Notes: generated by a model not told the origin, from the sequence alone. Shown: positions 1 through 13,042, counted from the first letter of the stretch. The stretch is DNA of 64,000 bases from Bigelowiella natans CCMP2755 (GCA_000320545.1 ADNK01001154.1:43504-107503), one strand, 5' to 3'. Numbers and translations are program-made.

Positions 1-687
1 GATGTCATGCTCGTTTGGTTGTTCTGAGATGCACAGTACAAGCCATACAAAAGCAAACCGTATACATCCCTGTGCCAGTCAGTAGGGTCCCGCCGCATGC
101 ATCCGCCGAATACGGGGAGCAAAGGTTCTCATTGTACGTAATTCTTGTCTCAAAAGTTTAATAAAGCTTGTGTGTGGTGTGTATGTAACAATAAATTATT
201 TTGTTATTACATACACATCACACGCAGCTTTGCACATCAAACATCAAATTCCTTGCTGACATTTTTGTGCATCATTAGCTATGACCAATGCACATTCGCC
301 GTCGTAGTGCTACATTTTTTGCATTTGGATGATTATCACCACACCACCTATACACCAAACTTAAAACACATGACATCTGCATGACGCGAGCAAGTGTGTG
401 CAGACCTTGCGCAGCGAGGTGCTAGCTCATACACATATCGATGCATCAATGTACATTGATGGTGAATGGAATACGGGATGGAATCATCGTTTAGTATTTC
501 CCAAATTCAATAGTAGAGCAGTCAGCTCTCAATATGTTTTCATTTGCGCAGTACTAGAGTACTAGAGTAGCTAAAAAGTGCATTCGTATTTGGATAAAAT
601 CGGACAACTGCACAATATGTACGATTGTTGTCCTCGTACCGTTCGTCCAGTCATTAAAAGCAAACGGTACTTTAGTCAATTTGATTT

Positions 688-1902
688 CTAGACACAAGAA
701 TCTGGACGCTTCTTGTTACAAATTAAAAGCTTCACCTCATCTACTATTTTCTTAAAATTTGGATCCGTCTGTAACTTTTTTAAGTATCTGGCTAGTGTTT
801 TCCGCAACACGTGTCTTGGTTGCTGCTCAAGAGGGTAGTTGCTAATAGATGCATCTTTTTCCAGAGGTTTGTTAGAACTATTGTTACTGCTTATTATGTT
901 TTCACATAATCTCTTCTTGTTTTTCCCATCCCCGGCATCACCTTGATCCTCAGTAAGATTCGTGTTTTTTTTTGGGTCTGAAGTTAATTCATCCTGTTTG
1001 TTGTTTTTAGCTTCAAACTCTTTGGATGAAACAAACTTCGACAGTAACCTTTGGAGTTGCAATTAAAGTATAAATTTATAAGACAAGCACATAGTACTTC
1101 ACAACCTTTTGGAGTACTTGTAGGATGCTTCTGGCGGGAGATTATTCTCCTCATCGAATATGAATGTGAGAGAAAACTTTGTTATATTCATCTTCACCTT
1201 TGCTACATCGCCAGTTCCTGCTCTCAAGCTATATGCAAACACAGCCTTCGGAAACTGGAACACAACTGTGATGGGATACGTGGATAATAAAGATCCCTCC
1301 TCGAAAACTTGAGTAGATTTACGCGCTCCAGTCTTCTTGTTCGTCCGAACGGAAAGAACTTGAAAATGTGGAACAATCCCTGCTTAGTAAAAGGAATGTA
1401 ATCTTGTTGTTGATACATATTAAATGTGAAAAAAAGATGGCATTCTACTAGTTTTCAGCATACAATTACAAGTTTTAACTTTATGGTGTGCACAAACACA
1501 TGACTTGCTATCTAAAGTAGCAAGTCTATCAGAAAATTGGGACTGTTCGATTAGCATGTTCCCACCTTTCACAAATATGAATTTAAGTCTGGCCTATGGA
1601 AGCGATGGAAGCAGTGAAAATAAGACTTTAAAAATACAAATTGTATTTATCGTTCTACATACATTTTTGTTAAGTTTGATGCAGCAAAATCTAGTCGATC
1701 TTATCCACTCACGTTGGATTCTATGTTCTTCCAGCTCTTTGTTTTCTCGACATACTTCGAGTAAGACACTATTTTTTGAAAAAAAATAGAACTTTAAACT
1801 TTTATACTCATGTTGACACAATCGCGGGTCTCATAGGAGTGGTGTCTTACCTGAGAATCCCTTAGTTGATTGACCTGCAGAAACTCCACTTGAAGTAGCC
1901 AT
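688..1902 (-). CDS. Putative REC114/PHS1-like meiotic double-strand-break accessory protein (about 5 exons)
   Basis: Spliced by eye from ATG 1902: MATSSG..VSYSKYVEKTKSWKNIES / ARLKFIFVKGGNMLIE / ..KFSLTFIFDEE..YSKRLLSKFV, then a low-complexity linker and C-terminal LRKTLARYLKKLQTDPNFKKIVDEVKLLI. Layout and motifs resemble REC114: N-terminal PH-like Y..Y/F..W and KF.L.F motifs, C-terminal L.D..F..(F/I)V..V helix. Confidence 0.45.
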
Positions 1903-2545
1903 TTACAAAATAAAACTAGTTCAATACAAAACGAAAATTGTTGGTAGTCAAAGGCAAGTAAATCAGTTTATCTTAAAAACAATGATGAAGATGCATGTGG
2001 ATGTGTGGTGACATCAATAGTTTTAGAAGATCATCGTAATCAATAATTAAACCCACACCGCGCAATCATGTAAGAATGAGATTCGGTGTGTGTAAAGAAA
2101 TAACAATGCTACATTTGGGTGGGTTATCAAATCTGGACGAAGCTCCAAGGCATGCACCAAGCTAAAAAGGCTTCCATCTTAGCCTCGCGTCATGGTACAG
2201 CCATTGATTGTTTGACTTTTCGCACACTTTTCTCATGAAACCGCCTCCGAAATCCTCTGTTCATGGATGCTTGGTGCCGTTTAACCTTGTCGCACATGAG
2301 GAACGTGTGGCATCACTGTCTCGGAGTCATGTGTACCTGCTCCTCTGTGGCACTCTGTGTTGAAATTTCTCCTCATCACCCACAATTTCCCAACAACTTT
2401 GCTGTCATTTCACGATTCACGTGGACTGCCGAGCTCACGAACTTTCAGTTGTTGACCTCTTCATTGTGCCCGTGCTGACCAGCGTTGGCAACTTTTGCAA
2501 CCTGCATCTTTCTTTCTCTCTGGTGCGATGGTTGTGTTGCACAAC

Positions 2546-2872
2546 TGTTGCGCGTAAGGTGTTCACAGGCCGAGGCGCTACGTGCACAAGTAGGCAGGGG
2601 GGGGGGAAAGGCACGTTTGCTTCCTTTTGAAGAGTTGTGTTTATTTTTATTAAAGATTATATTTTTATTAAATCGTGCACTGCGTAATCATTCGCGAAGC
2701 TTTCGCGAATGCCGCCGCACGTGGGGCAGCACACTTCCGGTGTGCTGCCATGAGTCCCGCCGGAACCCACGTGCCTATGCTGTATTAATATCTACGTTAT
2801 CTATATTCTATATCCGCGACAACCCCTTTGTTGTCGCACGTGACTTGTGCCCGCGTAGTGGTACGCGCTACA
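2546..2872 (-). mobile_element. LTR (327 bp) of the same gypsy family as 61655-61980; 3' LTR of a truncated minus-strand copy
   Basis: Reverse complement matches 61655-61980 except for one base in the G/C homopolymer (10 vs 9). TG...CA ends, 10/11 terminal inverted repeat. Polypurine tract GGGGGAGG abuts it on the minus strand (2873-2880). Flanks show no TSD, so it is not a solo LTR. Confidence 0.9.
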
Positions 2873-3260
2873 CCTCCCCCAAGTCACATCATGTGTGTTT
2901 CTTCACACGAACTCGTGATGATGCAATTGATCGATGATCAAGAACGCTGTGGTAATAGATTCCTCTCTAACCTTATCTCCTTTGTCGCTTACCCAGAACT
3001 CACCTTCGTCCTTAGGTTCGTGTCCATACCAGCCCTCTGCATCAAGGTCCCCCAGGACCTTATACCAGTGCTCAAAGGCTGTGTACCTGCCCTCATCAGC
3101 TAAGCACAAAATGTCAAACAAGAATTTCATTGACCATGATTAGCCTGTCCATGTCTCACCTAGCCTAGATAGACAATCTTCATGCGCCAATCGTCGTTCA
3201 CCCTGACCTTATTGTTTCCATATTCCACATCGAACTTAGGCAATAGCAGAGCTACCGACG
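2873..3260 (-). mobile_element. PPT plus degenerate 3' internal remnant of the LTR element
   Basis: PPT next to the LTR. Purine-rich minus-strand frames (..PKFDVEYGNNKVRV.., ..HWYKVLGDLDAEGWYGHEPKDEGEFWV..) with composition like the gag ORF, broken by stops. Far boundary approximate. Confidence 0.55.
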
Positions 3261-3465
3261 TTAGTGATTTGTGACGAGCTTGTCTAGTTGTACTTCTGAT
3301 TCATGCAAGTTTTAAAAATGTGGTCATATATGAGCTTGCGTGGTTCCTACTCTTTTAAGTATACAAATGTTATGCACGTTTCATATCGCAGCTAAAGTCT
3401 GCCCGTCATCACGTGTTTAGGGTCTTCGTCTTTTGGACTCGTACGGCTCATGAAGATTCTGGACA

Positions 3466-4660
3466 TTACTCGAAGTCAATCACTCCCGTGTAAGACAGCA
3501 TCAACTTGATTTGATCAATGAAGTTAACTGTAACAAAACATTGTGTCATTCTCAAGCATTTAAAAGAAATATTATCGAGAATATTATCGAAAATATTATC
3601 CTCATTAGAGACAGGTAATGTTTTGACCTCCTGTTGCAAATTCTGTAAGCAAGCCGAGGAAAAGTCCCATCATCACCCTAGATTTAAAGTAAAACAGAGA
3701 ATTAGATATATTATGCATCATTCCCTGTAACTAAAATTTCAGAATTGAACACCCGAACACCGAAGACTTTCGTGTTTATATGGTGTTTTAGAAATCATCA
3801 ATGACAGGGTACAGAAGGCTTTGACACGGGATCCACATTAGAAAAGCAGAAACACCATAGTTTTTCTGTCCTCAGAAGAGCTGAATCATGCAGAAAGGAA
3901 TACTAGTTGAAATCCTCGAGATGATTTTATCGCCTCGAGTGGGATGATAATATTTTGATTAAAAACTTGCAATAGACTTGCAGGGCTGACTATCTATCAC
4001 TCTATGTACAAAACACACCATCTGCCATTAAGCAACTCGTTGTTTGGAGTCCAGCCAAAAACTTGCCTATAAGGAAAAGAGGTATCAGAACGAGGTAAAT
4101 CAAAGTTCTTCTTCAAGTTCGGCATCTGCATAAATGAATCGGATTCCAAGAAGGAGCACACATGGAAACGTAGTATTTAACTCTAATCGAATAAAATTGC
4201 GATGGAACGAAATAGGCGACATTTCCGTATGCAAATGAACGTATGAGTCGGCCTTCGGGTATAATTTTCATTCGATACGTTGAGGTTCAGTATCGCCTTT
4301 CCTCTATGTTCTACATTAATGTCTTTTATAACGAATACACTTTACTTGGCTTCAGTACACTACTTCACTTCAGGGTATTCAACGCTAGTTTTATTGAACT
4401 AACCTATTACTCTCCGTCCTCTCGAGACCCTTCACACGGTAGTACTTAATCATCTCTTTCGCTCTCTGGAGTAAAAAAATAACGTAAGGGTCAGCCTGTA
4501 ATGGCGCTGAGGAAAAACTGCTCATTTGTTGCATGTGTTATTAAGTTTTCTCTCGACCTACCAAGTCATTGATAGTAATTCTCCCCAACATAAATTTCAT
4601 CACGAAAAATAAACATTGTAATTTGAACCAGCACTCATATCTCACACATCAAATTGAATT

Positions 4661-4701
<41 letters not shown>

Positions 4702-5106
4702 CGGCGTCTACGGATTACTTCTTTCTGGTCCTCTATAGGCATTGCTCTTGGGGACAGGGAGGATCTTCTAATGGTTGATGCTGCAGAAGAGGCGAATTTT
4801 GGGCAATAACTCGACATTTTAGATGAATGCGTTCTCAGAGGTGCAGCTGTCCTGGTCCTCATACCAACAGGAGCTTGAAGGCTAGCCTGGATACATGATA
4901 GCAAAAGGGCGTGTATATAAGCGTTTATAGCTATGGTAGCAATATATGGTGACAATTTTTTGGAGGTGACAATTTTGATTATTGTGACTAAAGGTGGAAA
5001 ATTTGTGATATGGAAAAACTAGTACCTCATTCGATCCCGAAGATACAGCAGCTACGATTGCAATTACGCCAACGAATGAAAGCGCCACTATTGTCCATTT
5101 CAACAT
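3466..5106 (-). CDS. OHP2: One-helix protein 2 (LHC-like/LIL family), plastid-targeted with bipartite leader
   Basis: Exons encode signal peptide MLKWTIVALSFVGVIAIVAAV, an S/R/A-rich transit peptide, RAKEMIKYY, FGWTPNNELLNGRW / VMMGLFLGLLTEFATG / VNFIDQIKLMLSYTGVIDFE*. These are the ExxNGR chlorophyll-binding helix and the OHP2-type C-terminus. Confidence 0.9.
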
Positions 5107-5263
5107 GCTTCTCCTGAAAATTACATTGTCACACAACATTGGAGATTCCTATGGCGCTCATCACGAATCACGGAGAAGGGATTTAAAGGAGCCACGAAAT
5201 AAGAATAAACCGACTAGAATGAAGAGTAAAAAGGAATCATACCTGTTAGCTTGCTTTTTGGGC

Positions 5264-5748
5264 ATGGAGAAGGTGTTATGTGTTGGGGCAGGTGCGACGT
5301 AGATCGAGTGGACGTCCATTGCAGCGGTTCTCGTGGTAAGCGACGAGGTGTGAAGCACGAGCAGTTCTCTCCGAGAAGGATGTACGACGAGATTAGTCGC
5401 CGTTTTGGTTCAGAACTACGCCGCTTTAGCTGATTCCATCGTAAAAATCGCATGCATTTTCTCGCATACAGTTGCCAGACTGGAATGGGCTGGAAATTTG
5501 TTCGTTGATGTCGCAGGTGTAAAATGTATGAAATTCTATGTAAGAATATTTCGATTGACGTTAATAAAATGTCCTAGATTTCTTTCCTGCGTCAACATAT
5601 TCCCTCTCTTCTTTGCAATCTTGCCGGAGTTACACACCAGCGATGGCTCGCACCGGAACGGACGTGCCAATCGCTCAGCTCGATGTTAACGAAATTCGAA
5701 GCCGGTTGAAAGATCTAGGGTTGAGGTAATGATACCTACAGAGAAGGC

Positions 5749-5795
<47 letters not shown>

Positions 5796-7522
5796 TGTAA
5801 ACTTATAACAATGTCTGGATCATCCGATAAAAATACTTTGACGCAGTACTTACGGGATGAAGAATGAGCTGGTCGAGCGCCTTCAATCCACTTTGAGAGG
5901 AAAAAGGGGAGAGCAGATAATGGAAAAGAAGGAGAAGAAGAGCACTGCCATGGTCGTAACGAAGAGCCCTAGAATCTTTCCAGGGACCCGCAATGCTGCT
6001 GATCCGGTATCTGATACCGAGCGCAGAGCGACGTGGACTGTTGCTTTCCTCGAAGGCTTCCTCTCCAGTTGGGAATATATATTTGGTATAGATTGCACTT
6101 TCGTAGAAAAGGGGTTTGAGTCGCAATGTGATGAGAGTAATGGAAACTATGTAGCTCTTTGAAGCTCTGCAATTCATTGCCTGGTATCTGATTGCAGGGC
6201 TCACATCGTTCGGAATGATGGCAAGAGAGGCTCTACAAGGGGTTTACGGTGGAGATCTTATTGCTGAGGTTCACCCTCTCAACACATTGGCGAACATCTT
6301 CGTAACTTCCATGTCTATGCTAGTTCTTAGCAACGATTCTGATTGTTTCATGGATGCTGTGGCGATTTGGAAGCACTAGCGAACTCCCAATGAAAGTCAT
6401 CCTTCGTCGGTCAGCTTAGATCTATTTATTGTGTGTGACTACTTCTGAATATTATTTATCTGAAAGGATGGGGGCGACAAGGCCAGCAGTCTCCGTATAC
6501 ATAGCATACGTAGCTGTTATCCATATAATTTCGCTCGCGCTGACGGTAAATTGCGTCAAAATTGCCACGGCACCGCTCTTCGAATAAGCAAATATCTCTT
6601 ACTTTTCTAGATTATGCTACAGAAGAGCACAGGAAAGGTAATTTTTACTACTGCAAACTACCTGGACAAGGATGGCAATTTTCTTGCTGAAAAAGCAGCC
6701 GACATGTTGCTTCTTGCTCCAATACGAGAAGAGGTGTGTGACAAAGACGAATCGTTTATAGGGAATTCATAAAGATATATATTGAGATTATGTGCATATT
6801 TTAGTTTTTCTTCCGAGGAATCATGTTCTCCCTTATATACCGCCGTCTCGGTTCAATCCGTAAAGAAAATGTTTGGCCATTCGCGGTCTTGGTGAGAAAA
6901 TAAGAATTTTGGTAATCATACAATCCACTAAACATCATTTAACCCTTTAAAGATGTCTGGAGGGTCGTTCGCGCTACTACATTCAATGAATTTTCTCAAC
7001 TCACAAGGCCATTCTAAGCTCTATGTTGCCCTGCAGGTAGATTTGAACAGCGAACAGAGGTCATATCGACGGCTCATGTATGGTTTCTCAGGTTGTCAGT
7101 GGGTTTGTTATCGGCTCATTTTACACCCTTCGATTCCTCTCAACAGGGTACTTAATTCAAGATTGTTTGTGAGCTTTGAACAAATTTAAGTCTACACCAA
7201 CATCTATCTAGGTGTCTCTGGGAAAATATAGTCCTACACATGGTGCACAACGCGTTTGCGTCTTTTGTTCCTGTGAATCTTCAAGCATCTCTACTCGATA
7301 TATCATTTCTGCTCCCTGGTACGAATCGTGACTCATAGTTGTGGAGCGGATATGACTTTTTCTGCGAGGAGCGAAATCTGTTATTGATTGATTATTCTAT
7401 CAGCTGTTGCCACGGTGGCCATCCATTTGATGCTAGCTCGTTTCTCGTATCAATCTGTCCAAAAGGAAGGTGGTTTTCAGTATAACGTCATTGAGTTGAA
7501 GACTGAAGCGGCGTCGAGGTAA
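5264..7522 (+). CDS. CPBP family intramembrane metalloprotease (Abi / type II CAAX protease-like), multi-exon
   Basis: Motifs LLLAPIREE / FFFRG (EExxxR, about 6710-6820), FALLH (about 6968-6982) and LHMVHNAF (HxxxN, about 7234-7257) among hydrophobic exons. Stop at 7520-7522. 5' end uncertain. Confidence 0.75.
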
Positions 7523-8340
7523 AAAGGGACATTATTTATATCTATGCATCAAGTACGGTACTTATTACTACCTTCCTCAGACTCCAAGTATTCTTAGACG
7601 CAGAGTCAGATTTGACAACCGCAGCCAATAATAGATCTGATGCTGAAGAAAGAGACCGTGGAGGTGTAATAGTTAAGAATGAAGAAGGAAAGGATAGAAA
7701 GCTTAGCAAACGCAGAGGGCGTAAAGGCAAATACAAATAGAAATTTATCTTGTGGAGACATGTAGCTATTCATCAAAGTTGCGAGTTAGAGCTCATATGC
7801 TCTGGGCTTGTATGTGCTAGTATAGTTGAATTTGTTCATGTTGCTGTATACATTCATGCTAGCATGTCTAAATGTCTAGTAGATGTGCTCCACGTCTTAC
7901 AAACACCTTGCTAGCTTGCATATTTAGATGTGTCGCAGCACATCCATGAACATCTTACTCGCTGCTATTGCGCATGTTGGCCCAGTATGCGCTTCACAGT
8001 ACAGCGCAAAGCTATAATTATCTGGCTTTTATGCTTTGATCAGGCGAAGGCATGGACTTCTACTGCTCGCATCATTGTAGGTCGAGTATCAGCAATCAAT
8101 TAAGCGACTTCCTATGTGAACATGGCGGCTTTGTAACTATACTTTCTTACATTACGTAAACTAACACTGCTGCATGACATATGAGGACCTCATTTCATGC
8201 TATATGTGCATCGCATGTGCTACATATAGGCTATGGAAGACAAAGTACCATGCGTAGTAATATCTACGTTGAATTTCCACCATTGCATGTTCCATGCTCT
8301 CTGGTTATATATTTTCTTTATGAAATTTCAGGTGCCTTGG

Positions 8341-9183
8341 TTAAAAGATGGCAAGAGTGACAAGACCAATGAAATAGCAAAGAATCCAAAAGCATTCTGT
8401 GTACAGAGCACGCCACATTTTATTGTCTAAAGCTGCACCTCCTTTGTTAAGGACGGTATCCAGCCGAACAGCTACTACACCTGCATTCAAACATCCCATG
8501 AAACACAAACCAATTTTTGTTGCATCAGGAACAATCGCACAAAATAAGAAGGCCACTCCAACAGAAGCTGCAAATCCTCCGAAGAGGGCGCAGATCTCGG
8601 CCACACCGGCAGTAGAGATTGTATCAAGAGATATTGACTTTAACAAAAAGTTAGAACCAAAAAATAACGTTAAAGACGCGAGATATAAGATCCAGACGCC
8701 ATAGCATGCTAGAACAATGCTCGGTAGTAGAGTTGTGGTAGCATGAGTAATGCGTGATCCTCGATCTCCAGCACCAATAAGACATATCCCCATAATACTC
8801 ATGATGAATCCCGAGCTCTCTATCATAAAAATATTTCGTATGTTCACATCGTCAACGTTGTTTACATGCATCGAGCCGCCTCGAGCAAGTATTGCGCCGA
8901 GATATGTTACAGCCATGAAGTATGTTCCAGCGCTTAGTGCAGACGGAATGAGTGCGCAAAAGAGAAAAATAAGCCCCATGGAGACGCCAACTCCACCATA
9001 GATAGCACGAGCATGTTGCAGTCCCTTCGGGCATGTTGTTTTCAATGAGAGCCATTTCAACATTCTCTGCGTGGATCGGTCGGAACGAAGAAATAGCCAA
9101 CCCATGAAGTACAGATGGAGGTAGGCACTGTAGATGAGAAACGCCCTTGGAACAATATTGGACAATATTGACGCTGACACCAT
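8341..9183 (-). CDS. Intronless multi-pass membrane protein with two tandem DUF4345-like units
   Basis: 280-aa ORF with two similar halves: HARAIYGGVGVSMG..FCALIP..YLGAILARGGS..IESSG and EICALFGGFAASVG..FCAIVP..NAGVVAVRLDT..YTECF. Family assigned from remembered motif pattern only. Confidence 0.65.
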   Translation of the reverse strand: MVSASILSNIVPRAFLIYSAYLHLYFMGWLFLRSDRSTQRMLKWLSLKTTCPKGLQHARAIYGGVGVSMGLIFLFCALIPSALSAGTYFMAVTYLGAILARGGSMHVNNVDDVNIRNIFMIESSGFIMSIMGICLIGAGDRGSRITHATTTLLPSIVLACYGVWILYLASLTLFFGSNFLLKSISLDTISTAGVAEICALFGGFAASVGVAFLFCAIVPDATKIGLCFMGCLNAGVVAVRLDTVLNKGGAALDNKMWRALYTECFWILCYFIGLVTLAIF

Positions 9184-9320
9184 TAAACAAGCTTCAGTTA
9201 CTGATTTCGTTCATCTACTTTTGTGCTTATACGAAGATAAACCGGAGGGGACATTTTTTATTGGAAGGGGTTGAGGCATCGTTCGGTGGTATCGATAGAA
9301 AACACGAAATCATCATTATT

Positions 9321-10125
9321 ATGCTTAAAAAAACCCTGCGATTCCAGGATTTCCGATTGTCAAAGAATGGTAGGTGGTCACGTCATTGCGACAGGGAAGA
9401 AACAAAGAAATTACAATGAGAGAGACTCCTCTTCCTCTTTCTCTTCGGAATCCAGGAGTGAGAAAGAAATAGAAGCACTGCTTTTCTTTTCCATACTGCG
9501 ACAAACGATTCGGAATTCCTTTGGTCCCAAATGCAGGACATTTTCCATCGATTCATGTACCTTTCGATTTGGGAATTCTCGGAACGAGGCGTTCGAAAGG
9601 CAACTAGAGCCACTACCATAACTCAAGACCACACAGAAGGAGCTGGGTGTGTTTGAAGAAGATAAACAATTTCCATCATGGTTACTAAGCTCAAAATCAA
9701 GGACATGCTCATCGAAAATGAGAGCGAGAATAATTCTGAAGACAGCGATGCTGTGCAACGCATAAACGAGCAACGTCAGCATTTATTTCGATCCGGTACA
9801 CATACTTTTCCGTTTGACTAAGATTGGAGGTATTTAATATTCGCTGATAATCATATCTTCAGAACCCTGGCACGAAATTGGAAGAGAAGGCAACTGTATA
9901 GGCAATCAAGCAAAAAATGCCGATGAGGAGTCCACTGGGAACTCGGCTTACACATACGAAAGGCAACTATCAAACTCGTTCGATAGATGGAATGTAATAG
10001 CACTATCGGGCAACATTAGAAGGAAGAACATGCTGCGATCAAGAAAGTATCAGGGGAGATCTCGCCAACATTCATCGAGGGGACCTCTGGGAGACTCACT
10101 TAAACGAGACTTCCAGCAGCTCTAG
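9321..10125 (+). CDS. Hypothetical small multi-exon gene
   Basis: Coding-like segments (LKIKDMLIENESENNSEDSDAVQRINEQRQHLFRS) with GT/AG junctions, divergent from the DUF4345-like gene. No recognisable domain; ends uncertain. Confidence 0.3.
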
Positions 10126-11256
10126 ACAAATTATAAGTATTCTTCAAGAGTCACCGCATTGTGTTTGATGCATGATGTGTTGTTGATTTCTAAATTTGTG
10201 CATCGTAGCTTTATTTAGTTGAAATAAATACCCCTTACATGTTCAAAATCATATTTTTATCTTGCCCTATGGAGTTGGTGCTCTGAACTCGTGACGCGTC
10301 ATATGGGCGCTGCCTCTACATAAAATTGCAGCAAATGGTCGATCGTCAACCAGCGCACACTGTCGATATTTTTCTTTCGTGAATAGAGGGAGAAGTTATA
10401 ACAATTGATTAATTGTATTTGCACAAGTCTTTGACCAAGAATGCTGCAAAATATGTGATGGGCCCATCGTACAACAATTGGCATGTTGGATACGTAGACA
10501 CTGCAGAATGCATTTGGACCGATGCGTTCGTCTTGATGTAAGGCCTACATCACATGGGTATAGAACGCGCACGTGTACACAGCTAAGCCAAGCATGTTTG
10601 CTGAGCGAATTTGTCTAGGCACAATGCAACTGCGGGACGCTGTAACAGCGTTTTGCAATTGGTCTGCTAGCCTGCCTGGACACGAAATGTGAGCTGTAAA
10701 TTCAATGATTGGCAGTCACAATGACTGCTGGATGTGCAAAAGCGACACATAGTGGGCTGTTATGCGAATCTTTATCGTGCGCACATATCTGATTAGGATT
10801 GCTAGACTGCTTGTTCGATGAACTAACGAGCGATGCCAGCCATGCAGCGTAAACAGAACTCGCGCGCTAGTTTTATCATGAGCATTGCACGATCGCAAAC
10901 ATACACACTAGCTTCTCTGGGATTGAGGGTAGGGTATGTGATATGAAATTTGAATGTCATTGGCATGAAACACCGAAGCTTGTCTTATATACTACTGTGT
11001 TTTATAGCGGAAATGCATGAATGCATACTTGTGAAGGGCAGCTTTGACTTTTTCAGTATCCGACTCTGCTCCTCGGTCGGAAGGGAATCGATCTTTCTGA
11101 AAACCTGTTTGCATAAGTTCGTCATCACTTCATCCACTGTGTACCCATCAATTGGACCGGAGGGGAAGTATAGCGGCCTACTGATGTCAACATAATAGGG
11201 AAGAAATGTCAGGCAAAGATAAAACTACGGCATAAAGGGAGTGAAAAACAATTTCT

Positions 11257-13042
11257 CTAGAAGCCACACTGCTCATCGCACAACCGTTTCTCTGCAGCAG
11301 TTGGTGTCGATACCGCAGCAGCTGCTGGCACTGGACTTGGTGACCGTTTCGAAAATAAGCTTGGGTGCGGCTTTGCAGGAGGAGGAAGCAGCCCTTTGCG
11401 ACGATATTGAGGGGTAGTCAATGAAGAAATCCCAACCATGCCCCCTCGTCCACCACCACCAGTTGCCATTGCTGCTTCATCATCTTCAGCAGCAGCAGCT
11501 TCATAGCGCCGAATTTCGGCTTCCTTACTCCAAGCATCTATCATACCCCGAGGGTCACGAAGATCATAATCCAGGAGGAGTGATTTTCCTTCTGAGAGAG
11601 CTCCTTCGTGGACTATTGGGTTCTTGGTGCTATTGCCGGAGGAGCGATTTGGGGACAACGCGGCAGAATGGGTGCGAGCGTCGAAGAAGAAGTTGTTGCG
11701 GACAATAAAACGAAGAGCCTTGAGAAGAGATTGCCTAGATGATTCACCAGAACTTCTGACTGATGTTCTTCTTTCATGCATGCCACCATCGTTTATCACA
11801 TGCAGGCTACTACTACCCATTCATCTTACACCACTGTGGAACTACTTTGAAAGTGACTCGAAAATGGAAAAATATTTGCCGCTGCTGCTGCTGCTGCTAC
11901 CTCTCAGTTTGTATTTCATCTGCATGAATCTATAAAGAATACATCAATATCATCAAGAACGTATACGTGGTAAGTCCAGCAATTTCCCACCGCACACACA
12001 CTCGCTCACCCTTCACAGCATACTCAAACAGATGTACAAATGTTGCGTTGTGTCGTTAACCATACCAATTCCTTGAGAGTTGGGGGCCGCAAATGGTCTC
12101 TCAGCGACGGTTTATTGAGCTTCCTAACAGGAGAAGGAGGTTGTTGGGATGATAAATTAAGTAGTGGTGACATCATCATCTGAGGCATATACACCATGCA
12201 TCATCTTCTTCTTCTTCTTCTTCTTCTTCTTCTTCTCCTTCAACAACAAGAAGAACAGCATACTATGAGTAGTATCGTCAGTAGTCAAAGCAAGCACCTC
12301 TCCATTCTCATCCTCTCTCGCATAGAAAGATGATGCTGTTTCTGTCGCTGAGCTGATGGTGGCAGTGGCGATGATAATGACATATGGTGGCCATCAGCAG
12401 CATAGTTTCTATCGGTTACGTAATTGGAGATGGCGTTGTTATTTTTGTTGTCGATGTTCTTATTTGCTTCCTCCTCCTCCTCCTCCTCCTCCTCCTCCTC
12501 CATTCCCTTGTTCATAATCTCTGCATTAGCTTTTGATGATCTTGTGGCTGGTACATCGCCATTTTGCTTTCCAAATATGATACTGCTACTGCTACTATTC
12601 TGGAGGCCAGCAGAACTCCCCTGACCCTTCCTTGGGTGCTTATACCTGAGGAGGAGGAGGCAATTCAAAATGATTTGTGTCGTAACAACAGTATAAAATG
12701 GATTTGGTCCTCGAAGCTTCACCGACATATGCTAAGGTAATAATATACCAATAATCATACAAGCAACTGCAATCCCGCCGTCAATGTAATGCGATTGCTT
12801 CTTCTATTTTCTTCTTCTTCTTTTTCTTTCTTCTGGCCGTCTTTGGATTGCTGCTAAAACCTGAGCTCTGGTTTGCACTCCTTCCCTTCGATGCATCGAA
12901 AAAGATCGTTTCTCTGAGAGGAAGTAAGAGCAAGCTGTTCAGCATTTACGAGGAGTATTGAGAAGAATAACCCTGGCTACGACTGGTAAAATCAAAGCGC
13001 CGCTGGCTGCCACATGACGACGTTCGTCCGTAGTATCATAAT

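Noticed and set aside
2705-2775. Hammerhead-like CTG..ATGAGTCC..GGAAC three-way junction in the LTR (retrozyme idea)
   Set aside because: Lacks intact CUGAUGA and GAAA core nucleotides; kept only as a generic structured element.
2541-2877. Solo-LTR interpretation
   Set aside because: Flanks ACAAC and CCTCC are not a target-site duplication, and a PPT abuts the LTR.
2485-2937. 150-aa ORF and its 233-aa counterpart at 61296-61997
   Set aside because: Antisense read-through of the non-coding LTR; shared peptide reflects the repeat, not a gene.
4662-4700. Apparent non-canonical GA splice donor before an (AG)n run in OHP2
   Set aside because: Canonical GT donors exist just upstream, and the other introns I checked are GT-AG; cannot be resolved without transcripts.
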